The notes beneath the pieces were generated by a model. It worked only from the letters and a program-made list of their open reading frames with translations, searched no databases and was not told the origin of the DNA. A program made the position numbers and the translations under genes. From a candidate division WOR-3 bacterium (GTDB lineage Bacteria; Hydrothermota; UBA3072; B12-G15), in assembly GCA_965649055.1 (NCBI GenBank), contig CBFGJG010000008.1, forward strand, positions 22,115 through 57,804: a DNA stretch of 35,690 nucleotides, in the 5' to 3' direction. Positions 1 to 8,615 of this stretch are shown piece after piece. The first letter of the stretch is position 1. The number at the start of each line of letters is the position of its first letter.

Positions 1-1039
1 GAGACAATTTCATTCCATTTAATTTTTGATAAATTAATTTAAATCTTGTATTCATAGAATCATTCATTTTTTCATATAACCTATCCAGTTCTATATATCT
101 CTCCTCTATAATTGAAAACGGATATTTAAATACCCTTAACCCTGATAATAATCTTATTCTTTCAGATAAATTATTCTTTTTTCTTTCAAGACTATTCCTG
201 ATAATTCTTTTATAATTTGAAAACTGTCTTAATATCTCGTATCTTGAAGGAACTGCCTTATTCGCGGCATCTGTTGGTGTTATCGCACTTACATCTGCTA
301 CAAGGTCAGCAATCGTTTCATTCTCGGCATGCCCAACAGCTGAGATAATTGGTATCTTTGAATTATATATAGCCCAGGCAACAACCTCCTCGTTAAATGC
401 CCATAAATCTTCAAGTTGTAATGTTCCTGAACCACCACCTCTTCCAATAATTATTACATCTATATCTCCAAATTCATTTAATTCTTTTATACCATTTGCT
501 ATGTCTAAAGCTGCACCATCTCCCTGGACAAGAGAAGGTCTTACAATTATTTTTACGGGCGGGAATCTATCTCTTAATGTTCTAACAATATCTTTTATTA
601 CTGCACCTGTGATTGAAGTTACAATACCTATTTTCTCAGGGAATCTTGGCAATTCTTTTTTATGTTCAGGTGAAAAAAGACCGAGCTTAGCAAGTTTTTC
701 TTTGCGCTCCTGTAATATTTTTGCAAGTTCACCTGAACCTGCGGGTCTAACATCTTCAACTATTATTTGTGTTTTACCTCCTTTCCCATAGTAGTCAAGA
801 TGGCCATAAATAATAAATTTTTTTGCATTTTCGGGCTTAATATACAAATTAATTTTCCTTCCATAAAACAGTGCACATTCAATCTGGCTTGTTTCGTCTT
901 TCAATGTAAAGTATACATGTCCTGCTGATGATTCCTTGAGACTTGAGACCTCTCCAATCACCCAGAAATCTCCTATTTCATTAAAATAATTATTTATGAT
1001 AGAAACAAGTTCGGAAACTGTTATTATTTTTTCATTCAT
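1..1039 (-). CDS. xseA: Exodeoxyribonuclease VII large subunit (3' end runs off the window)
   Basis: Not in the ORF track; translated by hand from ATG at 1039, which overlaps the folD TGA (ATGA). Reads MNEKIITVSELVS..WVIGEVS..SAGHVYFTLKDE (OB fold), TGAVIKD, VQGDGA, IIGRGGGS..EDLWAFNEE, SAVGH..TIADLVAD..TPT. The frame is open to position 1. Confidence 0.95.
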   Translation of the reverse strand, partial: MNEKIITVSELVSIINNYFNEIGDFWVIGEVSSLKESSAGHVYFTLKDETSQIECALFYGRKINLYIKPENAKKFIIYGHLDYYGKGGKTQIIVEDVRPAGSGELAKILQERKEKLAKLGLFSPEHKKELPRFPEKIGIVTSITGAVIKDIVRTLRDRFPPVKIIVRPSLVQGDGAALDIANGIKELNEFGDIDVIIIGRGGGSGTLQLEDLWAFNEEVVAWAIYNSKIPIISAVGHAENETIADLVADVSAITPTDAANKAVPSRYEILRQFSNYKRIIRNSLERKKNNLSERIRLLSGLRVFKYPFSIIEERYIELDRLYEKMNDSMNTRFKLIYQKLNGMKLS

Positions 1040-1842
1040 AAATTGTGCAGATTCTTAAAAATTAAAGCAGATGTTATCTTACCTACTCCATTTGGAACAG
1101 GGGTTATTCCTGAAACATCTTCAAAAACATCGTCATAATCAACATCTCCAACAATCTTACCTTCATATTCATTTATTCCAACATCAATAACAATTGCACC
1201 TTTGGAAATGAAGTCCTTCTTTACAAACTTGGGTTTTCCAATGGAAACAATTAATATATCAGCCTCTTTTGTTATGTCTTTTAGCATTTCCGTCTTTGAA
1301 TGGCATACGGTAACAGAAGCATCACCGAACATACCTTTTTGTAGCAATAGCATTGCAAGTGGTTTACCAACTACCTCGCTTCTTCCAAGAACAACAACCC
1401 TTTTACCGCTTGTTCTTATATTATAAAATTTTAAGAGCTCTATAACACTACCTGCTGTAGGAGGAACAACTTTTGGTTCTGTAAACAACATACCAAGATT
1501 CTCAGGATGCAAACCTTCAACATCCTTCTCAGGTCCTATATCCATTATCATTTTCTCAAGGCTGACCCCCTCTGGGAATGGTTTGAGTAATAGTATTCCT
1601 CCAACCATAGTTTTTAATTCTGAAATTTTCCTTGAAACTGATATGCTATCTTCTTCTGTAGATAACTGAGCAACAACAACAGAATCACCAATCTTCTCTG
1701 CTGTCTTTTTAATCCCTTTGAGATATGATTCTGCACCTGGATCATTACCGAATTTTATAACACCAAGTGTCTTACCACCTCCAATACTTTTTAATATTTC
1801 ATCCCTTACAACATCACCCTTTAAAATCTTCTCCAATTTCAA
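1036..1842 (-). CDS. folD: Methylenetetrahydrofolate dehydrogenase (FolD family; cyclohydrolase residues substituted)
   Basis: KDVEGLHP, GRSEVVGKP, VTVCHSKT, VIDVGIN, GDVD and ITPVPNGVG motifs. The start may be either TTG (1842 or 1836). Confidence 0.93.
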   Translation of the reverse strand: MKLEKILKGDVVRDEILKSIGGGKTLGVIKFGNDPGAESYLKGIKKTAEKIGDSVVVAQLSTEEDSISVSRKISELKTMVGGILLLKPFPEGVSLEKMIMDIGPEKDVEGLHPENLGMLFTEPKVVPPTAGSVIELLKFYNIRTSGKRVVVLGRSEVVGKPLAMLLLQKGMFGDASVTVCHSKTEMLKDITKEADILIVSIGKPKFVKKDFISKGAIVIDVGINEYEGKIVGDVDYDDVFEDVSGITPVPNGVGKITSALIFKNLHNL

Positions 1843-2602
1843 TCCTCCTTATCTCTAAAGATTTACCTGTTATGGTGTCTGCTTTAAGATAAACAGCATT
1901 CATCCTTATATCGTTTTTTGCTATCTTCAATCTCTCATCAATACCTTTAAATTTACTTATCACGCTTTTAGCTTCCATTCCAATCACCGAATCAAATGGA
2001 CCTGTCATTCCAACATCAGATATAAATCCAGTTCCATTAGGTAATATTCTCTCATCAGCTGTCATTACATGTGTATGTGTCCCAAAGATTGCTGTAACTT
2101 TACCATCGAGATAATAAGCCATAGCAATTTTTTCAGCCGTTGCCTCTGCGTGGAAATCCACAATCCTTATCTTTGTATCTTCAACATATTTTAGTGCCTC
2201 TTCGATTGCAAAAAATGGATTTATTTTCTTTGGTTCCTGTGGCATAAAGATTAGACCTTCAATATTCATAACAGAAATCTTTACACCATTTTTTTCACAT
2301 TTGTAAATACCTTTTTTAAAATAGTCTACATAATTCAGCGGTAATATTATCTTTTCATCTTTTAAAATCTCTTCAATCTCTGTCTTCCTGTCAAATACAT
2401 GATTACCAGATGTTATCAAATCAACACCATATCTATATATTTTACCAGCAGCATTCTTTGTTATACCAAATCCTCCAGCTGCATTTTCACCATTAGCGAT
2501 AACAAAATCTATTGAATATTTTTCCTTAATTTTACCAAGAAATTTAGATAATATCAATCTTCCAGGTTTACCAACGATATCGCCTATAAAAAGTATATTT
2601 AA
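1814..2602 (-). CDS. ymdB: YmdB-family metallophosphoesterase (TIGR00282); exact start uncertain
   Basis: NGENAAGGFG, TSGNH, VDFHAEAT, GTHTHV and SDVGMTGP motifs. The frame extends upstream of the ORF-track start (2557) through the conserved LNILFIGDIVGKPGR. Lies directly after rny, as is usual. Confidence 0.93.
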   Translation of the reverse strand, partial: LNILFIGDIVGKPGRLILSKFLGKIKEKYSIDFVIANGENAAGGFGITKNAAGKIYRYGVDLITSGNHVFDRKTEIEEILKDEKIILPLNYVDYFKKGIYKCEKNGVKISVMNIEGLIFMPQEPKKINPFFAIEEALKYVEDTKIRIVDFHAEATAEKIAMAYYLDGKVTAIFGTHTHVMTADERILPNGTGFISDVGMTGPFDSVIGMEAKSVISKFKGIDERLKIAKNDIRMNAVYLKADTITGKSLEIRRIEIGEDFKG

Positions 2603-2606
2603 AAAA

Positions 2607-4157
2607 TTATTTTGCGTAATCCACAGCCCTTGTTTCTCTTATAACAGTAACCTTTATCTGCCCCGGATACTTCATTTCTTTCTCGATATTCCTTGCTATC
2701 TCACTTGCGAGTTCTTCTGTCTGTATATCATCTACTTTTTCAGGTTCAACTATGACTCTTATTTCTCTACCTGCCTGCATAGCATAAACCTTACCAACCC
2801 CATCATAAGCCTTTGCAATCTCTTCAAGTTTCTCAAGCCTTTTAATATAAGCTTCAAGTGTTTCTCTCCTCGCACCTGGTCTTGAACCTGATATTGCATC
2901 TGCTGCCTGAATCAAAGCCGCGTATGGCGAACTTGCTTCAACCTCTCCGTGATGTGATGCTATTGCATTAACTATTTCCTGTGGTTCTCCGTATTTCTGG
3001 CATATCTCGGCACCAATCACTGCATGTGTTCCTTCGTATTCAGGTGGTAAGGTTTTACCAATATCGTGTAAAAGACCTGCTTTCTTAGCTGTCAATATAT
3101 CAAAACCGAGTTCACCCGCCATGATACCTGCAAGGTATGCAACTTCCTTAGAATGTTGTAGGAGATTCTGTCCGTAACTTGTTCTGTATTTCATTTTACC
3201 TATATATTTTACAAGGTCTGGATTAAGTTCAGGTATTCCAAGTTCTACAAGTGTTTCCTCACCCATCTTTTTAATATTTTGCTCAAGTTCTTTTTCTGCT
3301 TTTGCAATAACCTCTTCAATCCTTGCTGGATGGATCCTTCCGTCCTGTATAAGCTGTTCAAGTGCCATTCTTGCAAGTTCTCTTTTCATAGGATCAAAAG
3401 ATGAGAGAATAACTGCCTCAGGTGTATCATCTATTACGACTTCTACGCCTGTGAGATTTTCAAAAGTCCTTATGTTCCTTCCTTCCCTTCCTATAATTCT
3501 TCCTTTCATATCCTCATTTGGTAAGGGGACAACACTCACGGTTGTTTCGTAAACAGCATCAGTAGAACATCTCTGAATAGCAGATGTTATTATCTCTTTT
3601 GCCTCTTTCTCTGCCTCTTCCCTTGCCCTCTGTTTTATACTTTTTGCTATCTGTTGTGCTTCAAGTTTTGCCTGTATTTCAATATTTGAAAGCATTATAT
3701 TTCTTGCCTGTTCCCTTGTTAAACCTGCAATCTTTTCAAGTTTCTGATTTTCCTCCTCAAGTAATTTTGTATACCTTTCTTCCTTTGCTTTTATTGCTAA
3801 TTCTCTACTTTCAATAATCTTCTCCCTTCTCATCAATTCCTGTTCTTTTCGAGATATCAACTCCTGTTTCTTATCAAGTGCTTGTTCTTTCTCCTGGAAT
3901 CTTTTCTCCTGATATTCAATATTTCTCATCCTGTTTCTTCTCTCATTATCTATGTCAGTAAGCGCCTTCATTTTTAAATTATTTATTTCCTCCTTTGTAT
4001 TCCTTAAGAGTTCTTCCCTTTCCATCTTTGCATTATTTAAAATTTCAGATGCTGATAATTTTGCTTCTTTAAGTTTTTTCTGTATAAAATAATTTGAAAC
4101 AAAAAAGCCAGAGACAAACATAACGATACCTGTTAAAATCAACAATATAATCATCAT
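2607..4157 (-). CDS. rny: Ribonuclease Y
   Basis: N-terminal TM helix, coiled coil, KH domain ([14 protein letters not shown]), HD domain (LLHDIGK) and C-terminal [15 protein letters not shown]. Confidence 0.98.
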   Translation of the reverse strand: MMIILLILTGIVMFVSGFFVSNYFIQKKLKEAKLSASEILNNAKMEREELLRNTKEEINNLKMKALTDIDNERRNRMRNIEYQEKRFQEKEQALDKKQELISRKEQELMRREKIIESRELAIKAKEERYTKLLEEENQKLEKIAGLTREQARNIMLSNIEIQAKLEAQQIAKSIKQRAREEAEKEAKEIITSAIQRCSTDAVYETTVSVVPLPNEDMKGRIIGREGRNIRTFENLTGVEVVIDDTPEAVILSSFDPMKRELARMALEQLIQDGRIHPARIEEVIAKAEKELEQNIKKMGEETLVELGIPELNPDLVKYIGKMKYRTSYGQNLLQHSKEVAYLAGIMAGELGFDILTAKKAGLLHDIGKTLPPEYEGTHAVIGAEICQKYGEPQEIVNAIASHHGEVEASSPYAALIQAADAISGSRPGARRETLEAYIKRLEKLEEIAKAYDGVGKVYAMQAGREIRVIVEPEKVDDIQTEELASEIARNIEKEMKYPGQIKVTVIRETRAVDYAK

Positions 4158-4160
4158 AAA

Positions 4161-4195
4161 ATCACCTCGCTTTCAATGAGTAGAAAGGGAGAGAT
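4161..4195 (-). promoter_or_regulatory. Stem-loop covering the rny Shine-Dalgarno
   Basis: mRNA AUCUCUCCCUUUC-UACUCAUU-GAAAGCGAGGUGAU gives 12 pairs, one mismatch and one bulge. The 3' arm contains GAGGUG, 5 nt before the AUG. Confidence 0.55.
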
Positions 4196-4197
4196 AA

Positions 4198-4431
4198 TTA
4201 AACCATACTTTCCAGTTCCTTGAGCTTCTTCATAATAACAAAAATTTCTTCTGCAAGATTCAAAGCAGCGATTGTAGCAATAGAAGTATATGGAATATAT
4301 GGATTTTTATTTTTTATCTCCCTCATTAAATTCTCAACATAAGAGACAACCTTTTCTGCTTCTTCTCTGTTCATAGTTGTCTCTATGTTCATTTTATTTC
4401 CTAAAATTTCTACATTTATAATCTCTCCCAT
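4198..4431 (-). CDS. zapA: Cell division protein ZapA
   Basis: INVEILG..VVSYVENLMREI..IATIAALNLAEE pattern, in the conserved position between pheT and rny. Confidence 0.85.
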   Translation of the reverse strand: MGEIINVEILGNKMNIETTMNREEAEKVVSYVENLMREIKNKNPYIPYTSIATIAALNLAEEIFVIMKKLKELESMV

Positions 4432-4432
4432 T

Positions 4433-4603
4433 CTACTCCTTCATTTTTAATTTGTTTATTAATTCATCAATCTTTCTTAAAGCTTCTGCTTTTAATTCCC
4501 TTTCCTTATTAAGTTCTTTCTTTAAATTATTATTCTCTTCTTTAATCTCCCTTATCTTCCTCTTGAGTCTCTCGATTATATCAACGGGTCCTTCTTTCAT
4601 CAT
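4433..4603 (-). CDS. Small coiled-coil protein, ZapB-like (56 aa)
   Basis: Missed by the ORF track. MMKEGPVDIIERLKRKIREIKEENNNLKKELNKERELKAEALRKIDELINKLKMKE. ATG overlaps the pheT stop, TAG is 1 nt before the zapA ATG, and the ORF fills the gap exactly. Confidence 0.8.
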   Translation of the reverse strand: MMKEGPVDIIERLKRKIREIKEENNNLKKELNKERELKAEALRKIDELINKLKMKE

Positions 4604-6555
4604 ACCAACCTCAACCTGACATTCACCTTGTTTAGTCCTTTTATAATTCTTTCAACTATCCCGTCTGCTTCTTTTGAATTCATAGTTCCTTCCTTCTTCC
4701 TGAAAATAATCCTGTAAGTAAAGCTTTTAAATCCTTCCGGTAAGCCTTTCCCTGTATATATATCTATTAATTCAAGGTCTTCAATAAATTCTCCTTCCTT
4801 TATAATTATATCAATTATTTTTTTATTTTCAAGTCCCTCAGGAACAAGCAAAGATATATCCCTTTTAAGGAAAGGAAATCTATTCAATGCATTATACTTT
4901 TTACCAAAAGTCTTTGAAAGCATCTTAAACAGGTCTATCTCCAAACCGTATGCATCTTCTTCACAAATATTCTGGTTTAAAAGGCCAAGTGTTCCAGCAA
5001 TCTCGTTACTGATGCAAATATCAAGCGCCTGCTCAGTATAAAACAACGGATTATTTGTCTCTTTCAGTTCGTAATCAATATTCAGATTTTCCATAATGCT
5101 TTCAAATATACCTTTAATATCGTAAAAATCAAATTTTCTTTCCTGTTCAAACCACCTCCTTTTCAGTTTTCCGGAAATAACTATCCCAAGATGCAATTTC
5201 TGCTCAGGTAAAAAAACATTCCCTATCTCAAATAATGTTATTGTCTCCTGTCCTCTGTTAAAATTTGTTTTTGCACAGTTTAAAAGACCGTAGAAAAGGT
5301 TTGTCCTCATAACATTCTTCTCAGGCCACATTGGGTTTTTTATGTAATGAAAATCAATATTCCTTTTTTCGAATTCTTTTTCCATAAAACTCAATGTTAT
5401 TGCCTCATTGAGTCCAAGCCCTTTAAGCATATATTTAAAATATCTAATATTCTTAAGTTCGTCTTTGGATATTTCTGAGAATTTAAAACAGAACCTTCTT
5501 TTAATACTATCATACCCTTTTAATATACCAATCTCTTCAGCGATATCTTCTATTATCTCTATATCTCTTCTGAAAGAAGGAACTATAATCTTTTCACCGT
5601 CAATTTCAAATCCAAGTAAATCCAATATTTTTTTTATATCTTCATCTTTATAATCAGTCCCAAGTATCTTGTTTATCCTATCACTATCAAATATCACGTA
5701 TTTTTTCAATTTCTCTGTATAATCAACATCCAATATCTCAGATGAAATCCTTCCATTTGCTATATCCTTTAAAAGTTTTCCTGTAATCTTAAGGACATCT
5801 ATTATTATACCTGGATCAGCCTTTCTTTCAAATCTATAAGATGCCTCGGTCTTTAAGTTCAATTTTTTAGAACCTTTCCTTATCAATCCGGGTTCAAAGT
5901 ATGCAGACTCTACAATAACTCTGTTTGTCTTAATATGAACACCTGAATATTCACCGCCCATAATACCTGCAATAGCAATAGGTTCTTTTGAATTACAGAT
6001 TAGAAGAACATCTTCTACATTCCTTTCAACACCATCAAGTGTTACTATCTTTTCGCCTTTTTTACCCCTTCTCACTATTATCTTGTCAACCTTTTCTGCA
6101 TCAAAAATATGAACAGGGTGTCCTGTAAGAAGCATCACATAATTTGAAATATCTATTACATTGTTTAGGGACCTTATCCCTGATTTTTCAATCCTCTTTT
6201 TTAGCCATTCAGGTGAGTCTTTTATCCGAACATCTTCAACTATCAATGCTCCATACCTCTCACAATCCTTTTTATCTTCAATCTCTATCTCAATCCTATT
6301 CCTGTTTTCAGTCCTTAAATCTTCAAATTTAAAATCCAGTTTCTCACCATAGTAAGCAGAAACCTGCCTTGCAACACCAATCATTCCTAAAAGGTCAGGT
6401 CTATTTGGTGTGATCTCAAGGTCAAATATATAATCATCATCTGATTTCTCAAAAGCCTCCACACCAAGCCCTATGGAAGGAAATACTTTGAGCAATTCTT
6501 CTGGTTCTATTCTTTTCTTCAGTATTTCAGAAATCCACTCGTATGATACCTTCAT
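4600..6555 (-). CDS. pheT: Phenylalanine-tRNA ligase beta subunit (short form lacking the B2 OB fold)
   Basis: MKVSYEWI, EITPNRPD, NNVIDISNYVML, RFERKAD, VPSFRRDI..EDIAEEI and a C-terminal FDX-ACB domain (RDISLLV..KSFTYRI). Confidence 0.97.
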   Translation of the reverse strand: MKVSYEWISEILKKRIEPEELLKVFPSIGLGVEAFEKSDDDYIFDLEITPNRPDLLGMIGVARQVSAYYGEKLDFKFEDLRTENRNRIEIEIEDKKDCERYGALIVEDVRIKDSPEWLKKRIEKSGIRSLNNVIDISNYVMLLTGHPVHIFDAEKVDKIIVRRGKKGEKIVTLDGVERNVEDVLLICNSKEPIAIAGIMGGEYSGVHIKTNRVIVESAYFEPGLIRKGSKKLNLKTEASYRFERKADPGIIIDVLKITGKLLKDIANGRISSEILDVDYTEKLKKYVIFDSDRINKILGTDYKDEDIKKILDLLGFEIDGEKIIVPSFRRDIEIIEDIAEEIGILKGYDSIKRRFCFKFSEISKDELKNIRYFKYMLKGLGLNEAITLSFMEKEFEKRNIDFHYIKNPMWPEKNVMRTNLFYGLLNCAKTNFNRGQETITLFEIGNVFLPEQKLHLGIVISGKLKRRWFEQERKFDFYDIKGIFESIMENLNIDYELKETNNPLFYTEQALDICISNEIAGTLGLLNQNICEEDAYGLEIDLFKMLSKTFGKKYNALNRFPFLKRDISLLVPEGLENKKIIDIIIKEGEFIEDLELIDIYTGKGLPEGFKSFTYRIIFRKKEGTMNSKEADGIVERIIKGLNKVNVRLRLV

Positions 6556-7544
6556 CAGAATTGCTCCAGAAATTCAATATCGTTCTCAAAAAATAATCTT
6601 ATATCATCAATTCCAAAATAAAGCATTGTAAGTCTGTCCACACCGAGTCCGAACGCAAAACCACTATATTCTTCAAGCCCCATATTGTTAAGTATCTTTC
6701 TATGAACCATTCCACAACCACCGAGTTCAACCCATCCTGTGTATTTACACACATTACACCCTTTGCCCTTGCAAAATGGACAGGTTGCACTCATCTCAGA
6801 AGAAGGTTCAGTAAATGGGAAGTAGGAAGGTGAGAATCTTGCTTCTGTCTCAGGACCAAAGAATTCCTGCATAAACTTTTCAAGTGTTCCAAATAGGTCT
6901 GCCATACACACATCTTTATCAATGTAGAGTCCTTCAACCTGATGGAAAACAGGAGAATGCGATGCATCAAATGCATCAACCCTGTAAGCCCTACCAGGTG
7001 AAATAATCCGGATAGGTGGTTTTTTCTTTTCCATAGTTCTTATCTGGACAGGTGATGTATGTGTTCTTAACAATCTACCATCTTCAAGATAGAAAGTATC
7101 CTGTAAATCCCTTGCAGGATGGTTTTCAGGTGTATTTAATGCTGTAAAATTGTAATAATCGGTCTCTATCTCGAAACCATACACAGGTGAAAATCCCATA
7201 CCCACAAAGATATCAACTATTCTGTTTTCGATTATGGATAATGGATGTAATGAACCCTTTTTCTTCTTTATTCCGCCTATACTCTTATCAACTGCTTGTA
7301 TCTTTCTTCTACATACCTGGCTTTTTAATTCTTCTATTCTGTTCTCAATCTGATTTTTCAGGTCATTAATCTGTTTCCCGAATGATTTTCTTTCATCTTC
7401 AGGGATTTCCTTAAGTTTCGAGAAAAAAGATTGAATAATACCTTTTTTACCAAGGTATTTTATTCTTATAGCCTCAAGGGAATCAAAATCTTTTACTGTT
7501 TTTATATCTTCAAGGAAATTCTTTAGAACTTCCTCAGGTTTCAT
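6555..7544 (-). CDS. pheS: Phenylalanine-tRNA ligase alpha subunit
   Basis: HPARDLQDTFY, LRTHTSPVQ, YFPFTEPS and GFAFGLGVDR motifs, plus a CPFC..CNVC zinc insert. Confidence 0.98.
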   Translation of the reverse strand: MKPEEVLKNFLEDIKTVKDFDSLEAIRIKYLGKKGIIQSFFSKLKEIPEDERKSFGKQINDLKNQIENRIEELKSQVCRRKIQAVDKSIGGIKKKKGSLHPLSIIENRIVDIFVGMGFSPVYGFEIETDYYNFTALNTPENHPARDLQDTFYLEDGRLLRTHTSPVQIRTMEKKKPPIRIISPGRAYRVDAFDASHSPVFHQVEGLYIDKDVCMADLFGTLEKFMQEFFGPETEARFSPSYFPFTEPSSEMSATCPFCKGKGCNVCKYTGWVELGGCGMVHRKILNNMGLEEYSGFAFGLGVDRLTMLYFGIDDIRLFFENDIEFLEQF

Positions 7545-7892
7545 TTATCCAGCCTTCACAATCTCTGTTATCTTTTTAAAAACCTCAGGTTCTCTAACGG
7601 CAATATCAGCAAGTATTTTTCTGTCAAGCTTTATGTTTGCCTTGGTAAGTCCATTTATAAACTTGCTATAGGATATTCCATTTTCTTTGCAGGCTATACC
7701 AATCCTTGTTATCCAAAGTCTTCTGAAATCCCTTTTCCTCTGTCTTCTATCCCTGTATGCATAGACAAGGGATTTCATAACTGCTTCCCTTGCAATTCTG
7801 TAACAATTTTTTCTCTTCCCAAAATAACCTTTTGCAAGTTTCAACCATTTTTTTCTTCTTCTTCTTGTGTAAGCTCCTGGTGTTGCTCTCAT
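7545..7892 (-). CDS. rplT: 50S ribosomal protein L20
   Basis: AKGYFG, YAYRDRRQRKRDFRRLWITRI and LDRKILADIA motifs. Confidence 0.98.
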   Translation of the reverse strand: MRATPGAYTRRRRKKWLKLAKGYFGKRKNCYRIAREAVMKSLVYAYRDRRQRKRDFRRLWITRIGIACKENGISYSKFINGLTKANIKLDRKILADIAVREPEVFKKITEIVKAG

Positions 7893-7901
7893 ACTTTCCT
7901 C

Positions 7902-8096
7902 CTAATTTAAGATAAGTTTTTTTATCTTCTTTTCGTCATTTTTACTTACTAATCTTGTCTTACATAATCTTCTTTTTCTCTTAGAAGATTTATTTGAAAG
8001 TTTATGTCTGTGAAACGCTGTAGCCCTCTTTATTTTCCCACCACCTGTAACCTTGAATCTTTTTTTCACACTACCTTTTGAACGCATCTTTGGCAT
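7902..8096 (-). CDS. rpmI: 50S ribosomal protein L35
   Basis: MPKMRSKGSVKKRFKVTGGGK; located between infC and rplT. Confidence 0.97.
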   Translation of the reverse strand: MPKMRSKGSVKKRFKVTGGGKIKRATAFHRHKLSNKSSKRKRRLCKTRLVSKNDEKKIKKLILN

Positions 8097-8097
8097 A

Positions 8098-8613
8098 TTA
8101 TTCTCCTTTCTTCTTTTTTGGTATCAAAGTGAAAAAGAAAGATTTATCGGTCTTCTTTATCTCACCAGAAATATCAGCATCTTCCTTTGTATCTTCTATT
8201 ATTCTGTTCAAAAGATTCTCTGCTAGTTCAGGATGTAATCTCTCTCTTCCCCTCATTGCGATGACTATTTTAACTCCTTGCTTATCCTTGAAAAATTCCT
8301 TTATTTTCTTCATCTTTGTGTTATAATCATTCGTCTCAATCCTTGGATAAAACTGCATCTCTTTAATTCCCTGTGCCTGTTTTTTCTTAGATTCCTTCTC
8401 TTTCTTCTTTTCTTCGAAAATAAATCTGTGATAATCTATTATCTTGCAAACCGGTGGATCAACATTAGGGGCAACTTCAACAAGGTCAAGTCCCCTATCC
8501 TTTGCAATATTGATTGCCTCATCCACACTCATTACACCTAATTTTTTACCATCACTATCAATAACAAGAACTTTACTTGCAATAATTCTTCTGTTGGTTC
8601 TGTATTCCTTTAT
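8098..8613 (-). CDS. infC: Translation initiation factor IF-3, probable ATA start
   Basis: GLDLVEVAPN..PPVCKIIDY and MRGRE motifs. The frame extends 27 codons upstream of the ORF-track ATG through the conserved N-domain (RTNRRI..VLVIDSDGKKLGVM) to an ATA 5 nt after AGGAGG. Confidence 0.93.
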   Translation of the reverse strand: MKEYRTNRRIIASKVLVIDSDGKKLGVMSVDEAINIAKDRGLDLVEVAPNVDPPVCKIIDYHRFIFEEKKKEKESKKKQAQGIKEMQFYPRIETNDYNTKMKKIKEFFKDKQGVKIVIAMRGRERLHPELAENLLNRIIEDTKEDADISGEIKKTDKSFFFTLIPKKKKGE

Positions 8614-8615
8614 TT

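Noticed and set aside
501..791. 96-aa plus-strand ORF, and the many other short ORFs antisense or out of frame within long genes
   Set aside because: They lie within well-supported genes (here xseA) and have no recognisable motifs; they are expected codon-bias shadows.
4158..4197. 6S RNA gene downstream of zapA
   Set aside because: Only 40 nt are available and 6S needs roughly 180 nt. Reported as a hairpin instead.
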